Below are positions 1 to 6,785 of a stretch of DNA of 6,910 nucleotides, piece after piece; position 1 is the first letter of the stretch, and each line of letters begins with the position of its first letter. The position numbers and the translations under genes are program-made. This DNA comes from Octopus sinensis (Eukaryota), in NCBI RefSeq assembly GCF_006345805.1, contig NW_021828968.1, positions 1-6,910 on the forward strand, given 5' to 3'. A model generated the notes under the pieces. It was not told the DNA's origin. It made no database searches and saw nothing but the letters and a program-made list of their open reading frames with translations.

Positions 1-26
1 TAGCACCTGCGATAGGCGAAGGATTA

Positions 27-28
<2 letters not shown>

Positions 29-75
<47 letters not shown>
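29..75. repeat. (AT)n microsatellite
   Basis: Uninterrupted AT dinucleotide run read directly. Confidence 0.97.
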
Positions 76-82
<7 letters not shown>

Positions 83-220
83 TTTTTTTACTCTGTCTTC
101 CCTTCTCTGGATCTTTCCTTCTCCTATGTTTCCGATGAAGAGCTCCGCTCGAAACGTTAAACCCTCCTTCTTCCCTTCTTTCCTGAGCGTCCAATAATAC
201 TTTATTTGTTCCACGTCCTC
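76..220 (+). mobile_element. Probable Penelope-like element terminal-repeat fragment embedded in (AT)n
   Basis: Pyrimidine-rich module containing the hammerhead-like motif, with (AT)n on both sides (29-75, 221-236). The class is inferred from the motif only; no RT or GIY-YIG ORF is present. Confidence 0.4.
128..162 (+). ncRNA. Minimal type-I hammerhead-ribozyme-like motif (Penelope-like element type)
   Basis: GUUU(128-131)-CCGAUGA(132-138)-A-GAGC/ucc/GCUC(140-150)-GAAAC-GUU(151-158)-AAAC(159-162). Stem I GUUU/AAAC, 4-bp stem II, GAAA core and palindromic AACGUU (153-158) as stem III are in the canonical order. Deviations: U4C, an extra A before stem II, and a GUU cleavage triplet. Confidence 0.6.
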
Positions 221-379
221 ATATATATATATATATTCGCATAGAATATGCCCACAACAGTCAGGTCTGAGAAAACCATACTTCAAATGAGAGTTCAATA
301 CATAACAATGTAGAGTGTATACTTCGCGGCACATGATTCACACGGCATTTATTTCGATTTATATATATATATATATATA

Positions 380-729
380 ATTTTTTCATCGTCTTGGCTT
401 AACAACCCTCATCGTTTGTTTTTACTTTTATTGTTTTTACTGTATTTTTTGTGTGTCTTGTTCTTGTTACCACTTTTACCCCTCCGCAAAAAAAAATCCC
501 AAATTTTATTTAATTTGCTTTGTGGGAAGGACTGTTTCAACGAAGTCGCGTCTTCTCCATGCCTTCGAAACACGCGGAGTAGATGAAACAGGGACAAATG
601 AAGAAGGGGGAATATTCCTTGTGTTGTATGTCTTGTACTCTGTTTTTTTCGTTGTTTGAAAAGTAAGTTCGTTTCCATGTTTTTGTTTGTCGTTGTGTTC
701 AACATTTTTTTATGTCGTCCTGTACCCAT
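380..729. mobile_element. Probable non-coding interspersed repeat, class uncertain
   Basis: T-rich 350-nt module bounded by (AT)n tracts, with internal stems (532-539/584-591; palindrome GGAATATTCC 609-618). It resembles an octopus repeat as I recall it, but this is not verifiable here. Confidence 0.3.
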
Positions 730-814
730 ATATGCATGTTGTTATATATATATATATATCTATATATATATAGATATATAATATATATATATCGATATAT
801 ATAATATATTATAT

Positions 815-846
<32 letters not shown>

Positions 847-928
847 GTAGGTATGTACATATATGTATGTATATATGCATATATTTATATTTTATTTATA
901 TTATATATATATATACATATATATATAT
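730..928. repeat. Compound (AT)n/(GATA)n/(GTAT)n microsatellite
   Basis: Directly visible, including ATAG repeats around 826-846. Confidence 0.93.
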
Positions 929-937
929 TGTCACAAC

Positions 938-1174
938 TGTTGACAACCGGTGTTGATTAATTTACATCCTCGTAATTTAACGATTCGGCACAAGTGACCG
1001 ATGGAATAAGTACCTAAGTACCAGATATCAAAAAACTAAAAAAAAAATTTTTTTTAATTTAAAAAAAGGAAAAGAAAAAGAAATCTTTTGGTCGATTTGT
1101 TTTTAACTAAACTCTTCAAGGCAGTGCCCCAGCATGGCCACACGTCAATCACTGAAACAAGTAAAAGAAAGAAG
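938..1174 (+). mobile_element. SINE-A, 5'-truncated copy (3' half)
   Basis: Shares GACCGATGGAATAAGTAC (996-1013, identical to 1486-1503), GGCAGTGCYCCAGCATG (1120-1136 vs 1560-1576) and ACTGAARCAAGTAAAAGAA (1151-1169 vs 6490-6508) with the other copies. An A/T-run expansion lies at about 1030-1082. Confidence 0.85.
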
Positions 1175-1208
1175 TTGCACAGGTATCTAAAACACCGAAA
1201 CGTATCCC

Positions 1209-1610
1209 GGCGCAGGTGTGGGTATGTGTTAAGAAGCTTGCTTCACAACAACATGGTTCTGGGTTCAGTCCCGCAGCACGACACCATGGGCAAGTGTCTT
1301 CTACTAAAGCATCGAACCGACCAAAGCCTTGTGAGTGGATTTGGTAGACGGAAACTGAAAGAAGCCCGTCATATGTATATATATTTATGTGTGTGTGCGT
1401 GTGTGTATGTGTTTGTTCCTTCCCATCGCTTGACAACTGATGCTGGTGTGTTTATATCCGCGTAACTTAGCGGTTCGGCAAAAAAGACCGATGGAATAAG
1501 TACTAGGCTTACAAAGAACAAGTATTGGGGAGTCTATTTCTTCGACTGACACCCTTTAGGGCAGTGCTCCAGCATGACCGCAGTCAAATGGCTGAAGCGT
1601 GTAAAATATA
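1209..1610 (+). mobile_element. SINE-A, near full-length tRNA-derived SINE
   Basis: Head GGCGCAGG; degenerate A box (1219-1229); B box GGTTCAGTCCC (1262-1272); CORE-like GGGCAAGT (1288-1295); central block AAAGCCTTGTGAGTGGATTTGGTAGACGGAAACTGAAAGAAGCCCGTC (1323-1370); internal AT/GT microsatellite; 3' half matching 938-1174 and 6069-6180. Matches my recollection of the very abundant Octopus SINE. Confidence 0.9.
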
Positions 1611-1613
1611 TAA

Positions 1614-1617
<4 letters not shown>

Positions 1618-1646
<29 letters not shown>
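1618..1646. repeat. (AT)n microsatellite at the SINE tail
   Basis: Directly visible. Confidence 0.95.
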
Positions 1647-1756
1647 CTAGATTCTGCCATATGTACGTGAAACGATAATATTGTATACGCACAGAAGCAC
1701 TCGTCCATGAGCATACACTCACATAGTAGTGTATACACGTACGCACACACTGACAA

Positions 1757-1758
<2 letters not shown>

Positions 1759-1796
<38 letters not shown>

Positions 1797-1820
1797 ACAC
1801 ACACACACAGACACACACAC
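1759..1820. repeat. (CA)n microsatellite
   Basis: Directly visible, with two single-base interruptions. Confidence 0.95.
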
Positions 1821-2009
1821 GAGAAGGCAATTACAAGTAATGGAGCGAGGCATATGAATGACACAGTAGACATTTTCGCATTACTAATATTACTGGGCGT
1901 GGCTTATTGTGAGGCCACGCCTTAGATGTCATACATTAATATGATGTTCGTGACACCACGTATTGTGGCGATCTTTTTGTTTGCGCGTGCAGTTGTACGC
2001 AAACTCACA

Positions 2010-2107
2010 CAAAAACACACACGCATGCGCGCACGCGCACACATACACACACTCTGTCGTCTCTCTTTCATATACACATCTATATGTATGTGTGGATATA
2101 TATACAT

Positions 2108-2139
<32 letters not shown>

Positions 2140-2375
2140 TACAACACACACACACACACACACACTGTTTGTCTGATTATCTCTTCCCTTTCTTGCACAC
2201 ATGTATATGTATGTATATGTGTGTGTGCGTATGTATGTGTATGTATATGTATGTGCGTAGTATATATATATGTATGTATATATACATACAGATATGTGTA
2301 TATATATATATATATATATACATATACATACAGATATATATATATATATAATATATATAATATATATATATATAA
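2010..2375. repeat. Compound (CA)n/(AT)n/(GT)n low-complexity tract
   Basis: Directly visible alternating purine-pyrimidine repeats with short unique interruptions. Confidence 0.9.
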
Positions 2376-2494
2376 ATAGGAAAAAAAAAGCAACAAGAAT
2401 GGATTAAAATCTCGGTACGATCGTTTCGTACGAGGACATCTTTAATAAGCTACAAAAAGTGCAGTGAATACAGATGGCTCGTAATAGTGACGTA

Positions 2495-2700
2495 TTTTTG
2501 CCATTTCAATATGGCTAACCCCTAAGGGTGGATGCTACTGTAGTTTTTAGCCCCAGGAGGACACACTCCTCCAGCTGGCCATAGACACACTTTCTGTGTC
2601 CTGTCAGTATTTGCAAAGGGAAGTCATCCTTCCCGTCTTCAACTTATGATACACACGGACTCGAGTTTCGAGGTATATCACTTTGATATTTATCATTGTT
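2495..2700. mobile_element. Possible diverged interspersed repeat, unclassified
   Basis: GCTACTGTAGTTTTTAGCCCCAGGAGGAC...CTCCAGCTGGC...ACACACT.TCTGTGTCC resembles a cephalopod repeat from memory. It has no ORF and no second copy in the window. Confidence 0.3.
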
Positions 2701-2940
2701 TGATTTCACTTTTTCAATATCAGCGACAGTGGGCGCTGGAAAAAGTATAGACCCCAGAAACCCTAAAACAATGGTGTATGAAATTTTAGGCTATGCTTCA
2801 CCGAAACACAGCATACTGTGGAGCAACCAACGATGTTGTTAAACAGAAGAACCGAGGTACACATCACATGCCGTCAACGGAGTCAATTTCTTTTGGGATA
2901 AATTCTGCCTTCCCGCCTGAAGAACACTTGAAACTGGCGC

Positions 2941-3750
2941 AGTCATTTGAACCAGATCACCATGATCTTTAGTCATTTGAACCAGCTCACCATGATCTTT
3001 AGTCATTTGAACCAGCTCACCATTATCTTTAGTCATTTGAACCAACTCACCATGATCTTTAGTCATTTGAACCAACTCACCATGATCTTTAGTCATTTGA
3101 ACCAACTCACCATGATCTTTAGTCATTTGAACCAACTCACCATGATCTTTAGTCATTTGAACCAACTCACCATGATCTTTAGTCATTTGAACCAACTCAC
3201 CATGATCTTTAGTCATTTGAACCAACTCACCATGATCTTTAGTCATTTGAACCAACTCACCATGACCTTTAGTCATTTGAACCAACTCAACATGATCTTT
3301 AGTCATTTGAACCAACTCACCATGATCTTTAGTCATTTGAGCCAGCTCAACATGATCTTTAGTCATTTGAACCAGCTCACCATGATCTTTAGTCATTTGA
3401 ACCAGCTCACCATGATCTTTAGTCATTTGAACCAACTCACCATGATCTTTAGTCATTTGAACCAACTCACCATGATCTTTAGTCATTTGAACCAGCTCAC
3501 CATGATCTTTAGTCATTTGAACCAACTCACCATGATCTTTAGTCATTTGAACCAACTCACCATGATCTTTAGTCATTTGAACCAACTCACCATGATCTTT
3601 AGTCATTTGAACCAGCTCACCATGATCTTTAGTCATTTGAGCCAGCTCAACATGATCTTTAGTCATTTGAACCAGCTCACCATGATCTTTAGTCATTTGA
3701 ACCAGCTCACCATGATCTTTAGTCATTTGAACCAGCTCACCGTGATCTTT
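2941..3750. repeat. Minisatellite, exactly 27 tandem copies of a 30-bp unit AGTCATTTGAACCARCTCACCATGATCTTT
   Basis: 810 bp in perfect 30-bp register with no indels and no spacers. Unit position 15 is A in 15 units and G in 12; there are only a few other substitutions. Confidence 0.99.
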
Positions 3751-3751
3751 A

Positions 3752-4040
3752 TTACAGTATTATCGCCCCTGACATCTGCGCATTATAACTATTCTCATCA
3801 CCGTACTGGTTGAGCCAGGAACAACAGTTAATATTCTCCATAAGTCTGTTCTTAAACACTGAGAATCGGCTCAACTTGTGTTCTGCAAATACATCTCTTC
3901 TTTCTAATTCATTTAATTGCATCGTTAACTGAACGAGTGCACGTGACGTTAGACACCGGATAACAAGCGAATGAAACATCAACCAATTCTTTATAAATAT
4001 TAACTCCGCATCATCAACGGAATAATTTCTCCCTTCGGTT
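3752..4040 (-). CDS. Candidate spliced coding exon of an unidentified protein (TEGRNYSVDDAELIFIKNWLMFHSLVIRCL...WLNQYG...)
   Basis: 95 stop-free codons in non-repetitive AT-rich DNA, starting right after a canonical acceptor TTTTTGTTTAG|A (AG at 4042-4041). The other two minus frames close within about 15 codons. No protein family recognised. Confidence 0.35.
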
Positions 4041-4062
4041 CTAAACAAAAATGTGAGCGTAG

Positions 4063-4200
4063 ATGCGTATGTGTATGTGTATGTATATGTATTTACGTCT
4101 ATATATGTATGTTGCATATATACATGTTTTTATTTATTCATACTTTATACACACACATATAAACAGTATATCTGTATATATATATATATATATCTGTAAA

Positions 4201-4236
<36 letters not shown>

Positions 4237-4277
4237 TATGTTTATATTATATATATGTATATATTTATATATATATA

Positions 4278-4317
<40 letters not shown>

Positions 4318-4575
4318 TATTTTATATACACACACACACTCACATACACACATATATATACATAAATATGCATATATACACACACGCATCTATGCAATCA
4401 TCAATATATATATATATATATATATATGCACATGCATATAGTGCATACATATATATAAATAAATAAGCATCTAAATGTTTGTGCGTATATATGTGTGTAT
4501 GCATTCATATAAATATACATGTATATATATATATATATACATACACGCACACGTGTGTATGTGTGTGTGTGTGGT
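4063..4575. repeat. Compound (AT)n/(GT)n/(CA)n microsatellite tract
   Basis: Directly visible. Confidence 0.92.
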
Positions 4576-4689
4576 GTGTATTAATGGATACCTATCCATA
4601 TATGCAGATATATAGCCACACAAGCACAGCAAAGTTAGTTAATAAGATATTCGTGTGTGCAGTAATTGAATTGGTTACATGAATGTAAA

Positions 4690-4809
4690 TACACGCGCGC
4701 GCACACACACACACACACATACAGACACAGGCACACACACACACACACAGAGGTTCATGCATATATGATGGTACTAATGTGTATGTACGCGTGTGTGCGT
4801 TCGAGCTTT

Positions 4810-4846
<37 letters not shown>
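4690..4846. repeat. (CG)n/(CA)n tract followed by a (TG)n tract
   Basis: ACACGCGCGCGCACACAC... from 4690 and pure (TG)n at about 4812-4846, separated by short unique sequence. Confidence 0.88.
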
Positions 4847-4848
<2 letters not shown>

Positions 4849-5051
4849 TAGCTAATAGAGACTGATAAATGTGATTGAATAAATTAGAGGACAGAGAGAA
4901 AAAAGCGAGACAGTACGTGTTGTGGTGGTGGGCGCGGGTGGAGTGGAGTGTATGAAATGTTCAATTTGCTGTGTAATGAGATCTGAAATGACCACTTAAC
5001 AATGTAGTTGACAGGGGAGGAAGAGAAGGGAGAGCAGGCAGAGTATCCAAT

Positions 5052-5220
5052 GTGTATGTGTGTGTGTGTGTGCGTGTGTGAGCGGGTATGTGTGTTATGT
5101 ATGTATGTATGTGTACACACACACACACACACACATATGTATATGTGTGTGGGCATGCATATACATACACACACACACCACACACACACACACACACCAC
5201 ACACATATAATATATATATA

Positions 5221-5260
<40 letters not shown>
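5052..5260. repeat. Compound (TG)n/(CA)n/(AT)n microsatellite
   Basis: Directly visible. Confidence 0.92.
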
Positions 5261-5263
<3 letters not shown>

Positions 5264-5374
5264 GGCGTGGCTAAGTTAGCCTTTATGACTCGCAGTCACA
5301 AACACGCGCACACTTTAGAACACTGCTTCTCTTTAATATTCTTAGTCAAAATTATAGACACACAGACAGAAAGA

Positions 5375-5695
5375 CACACACATACACACAAAAAGACACA
5401 CACACACACACGCACGCACGCACGCATACACTCGCACGCACGCAGACTCGCACACAACGAAACACACTTTCTCTTCCTTTCTCTCTTGTATACGCTAACT
5501 CGTTTGCAAAAAAGGGACATGAATACACATATGCACATACATGCACGTACACACGCACGTGTGTGTGTGTGTGTAATATATTATTTGCAATATTATATTA
5601 TACATACACACACACAAATATATATATATATAGATATACATATATATATTTACATACACATATATGTGTATTATGTATATATGTAATATTATATA
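5375..5695. repeat. Compound (CA)n/(CACG)n/(TG)n/(AT)n low-complexity tract
   Basis: Directly visible, with a unique interruption at about 5455-5520. Confidence 0.85.
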
Positions 5696-5930
5696 TAGTG
5701 TGCGATGGGTAAATTGTCGCAAATTTATATATGTTTTAATATCACGCATGCGCATTGTTTGTTTTCGATTTTGTCGACTACACAGTATAGTAGGGTCTGT
5801 TGGGCACCGTCTATGAGAAAAACAGCACTCTGACGCAAATCGCTCTGCCTGTAATTTGGAAACGACATGCTATTATTACCGCTTGACATTCGCGACGGAA
5901 GCTCCATTACGAACAAATATCAATAAGGAA

Positions 5931-6068
5931 CATGTACCGAGTGTGATAAAAACCCAATCTCCAGACATCATCATGGTGTTTGGAGTGATACTACTGATGG
6001 CAACACTACGCCCCCCATTCATTTTCGCACACGGCCTCAGTAGCCTCAGACTCAGCACGGAGCCCTAT
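5931..6068 (+). pseudogene. Tc1/mariner (DD37D, maT-type) transposase relic, 5' piece
   Basis: Reads HVPSVIKTQSPDIIMVFGV, then with compensating frameshifts ITTDGNTTPPFIFAHGL[SSL]RLSTEPY. This matches the maT-type segment V-x-x-V-M-K-T-K-x-P-x-x-I-M-V-F-G-V-I-T-S-D-G-x-V-M-P-P-F-I-F-P-H-G-L-R-L-N-T-E-A-Y (consensus from memory). A short GCCTCAG duplication is present. Confidence 0.8.
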
Positions 6069-6180
6069 GTATGTATGTATTTGTGTTTGTCCCTCTACCA
6101 TTACTTGATAACCAATGATAGTGAGTTTACGTTCCTGTAAACTTAGCGGTTCGGCAACAGAAACCGATAGAATAAGTACT
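6069..6180 (+). mobile_element. SINE-A, 5'-truncated copy 3, left part
   Basis: Starts in the internal microsatellite. AACTTAGCGGTTCGGCAA (6140-6157) is identical to 1464-1481, followed by ACCGATAGAATAAGTACT (6163-6180). Confidence 0.85.
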
Positions 6181-6485
6181 GTTGTTTGTTGCTTCTCAAG
6201 CCACGCCTGGCTCATAAGGGCCGGTTTCCCGGTTTCCTTGGCGTATAGGTTCCACACCTGGACGGGACCCCGGTCCATCACAAGTGAGCTGCAAGATGCA
6301 GGAGGAAAGAGTGAGAGAAAGTTGTGGCGAAAGAGTCAGCAGAAGTTCGCTATTACCTTCTGTCGGAGCCGCGTGGAGCTTAGGTGTTTCGCTCATAAGC
6401 ACACACATTGCCCGGTCTGAGATTCGAATCCGCGATCCCTCGACCGCGAGTCGTCTGCTCTAACCACTAGGCCATGTGGCTTCAC
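6181..6485 (-). mobile_element. SINE-B, full-length tRNA-derived SINE in antisense orientation
   Basis: Minus strand: A box TGGCCTAGTGG (6474-6464); CGAC/GTCG anticodon-like stem; B box GGATTCGAATC (6431-6421); GATGGACCGGGGTCCCGTCCAGG (6279-6257), which resembles the V/Meta SINE domain motif from memory; (AAC)-type tail at 6192-6181. Confidence 0.87.
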
Positions 6486-6520
6486 AGTGACTGAAGCAAG
6501 TAAAAGAATAAAAGAATAGA
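6486..6520 (+). mobile_element. SINE-A copy 3, terminal tail
   Basis: TGACTGAAGCAAGTAAAAGAATAAAAGAATA matches the tail at 1151-1174. Confidence 0.8.
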
Positions 6521-6726
6521 TATCTGTTAAAATGAGGAGTAGTGCTGCCCTAGGTGAAGAAGGTGCTGCTGGAAGACCCTATGTCCTAGTAACAGGATTC
6601 TGCACCGACCACACAAGCAGGAGAATCCAGTCATGGCTGTCAGGCAATTTCTGCTACCATATCACCTCTAACATCTGGTCACAAAACTCCCCAGACTGCA
6701 ATCCCCTTGATTAGTATGTGTGGGGC
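6521..6726 (+). pseudogene. Tc1/mariner (DD37D, maT-type) transposase relic, 3' piece with catalytic D2-D3
   Basis: Corrected reading EE-VLP*VKKVAAGRPYV**QDSAP-HTSRRIQSWLSGNFCYHITSNIWSQNSPDCNPLD*YVWG. D at 6596-6598 and D at 6709-6711 are 110 nt apart (37 codons minus 1 nt), giving DD37D. W-x-x-N-S-P-D-x-N-P-L-D is the family hallmark. In-frame stops and frameshifts are present. Confidence 0.9.
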
Positions 6727-6734
6727 TTTATGTT

Positions 6735-6785
6735 ATATCTTCCGGCTCCAACATTCTGAATTCAAATCCTCACAGTTTCCTGCCA
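6735..6785 (+). mobile_element. Possible degenerate head of a third tRNA-derived SINE
   Basis: TCTTCCGGCTCCAACATTCTGAATTCAAATCC contains a B-box-like ATTCAAATCC and begins just after the transposase homology stops. Short and diverged. Confidence 0.25.

Noticed and set aside
409-729. 106-aa K/N-rich minus-strand ORF and the overlapping 68-aa plus ORF
   Set aside because: Composition reflects the A-rich/T-rich strand bias of a repeat module; no recognisable domain.
1088-1465. 125-aa and 95-aa ORFs
   Set aside because: They lie across two SINE copies, start or run through non-coding repeat sequence, and show no protein-like motif.
1534-2396. ORFs rich in VCVC/HTHT/YIYI
   Set aside because: These are translations of dinucleotide microsatellites, which lack stops in some frames. 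The same applies to the ORFs in 4063-5755.
2941-3750. CRISPR array (30-bp repeats)
   Set aside because: Units abut directly with no spacers, there are no cas genes, and the context is eukaryotic.
2941-3750. Nuclear-receptor or AP-1-like sites in the repeat unit (GGTTCAAATGACT; TTAGTCA at unit junctions)
   Set aside because: Only imperfect matches to short degenerate motifs, which is expected by chance in any 30-mer.
3810-3876. TTGAGCCAG and GCTCAAC in the flank match the variant unit of the minisatellite
   Set aside because: The 9- and 7-nt matches are far apart and out of unit register; probably chance.
4917-4982. Possible 66-nt minus-strand exon (CATTTCAG|AT...CAC|GTACTG; LITQQIEHFIHSTPPAPTTTT)
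   Set aside because: The donor is weak and the segment is short. Its open phases (0 or 1) do not match the phase 2 needed by the 4040 candidate exon, so it is unsupported without RNA data.
4690-5260. Z-DNA or cruciform potential of (CG)n, (CA)n/(TG)n and (AT)n tracts
   Set aside because: Physically plausible but ubiquitous in this kind of genome; nothing locus-specific is visible.
5725-5916. Minus ORF with AVFLIDGA, resembling the vWA 'VFLIDGS' motif
   Set aside because: The match is only a few residues, the DxSxS motif is absent, and no further domain sequence follows.
6006-6420. ORFs 6006-6281, 6115-6420 and 6196-6408
   Set aside because: Chance open frames inside SINE-A and SINE-B.
6410-6485. 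tRNA gene on the minus strand
   Set aside because: A and B boxes are present, but there is no acceptor stem or 7-nt anticodon loop, and it continues into a SINE body and tail. It is a SINE head.
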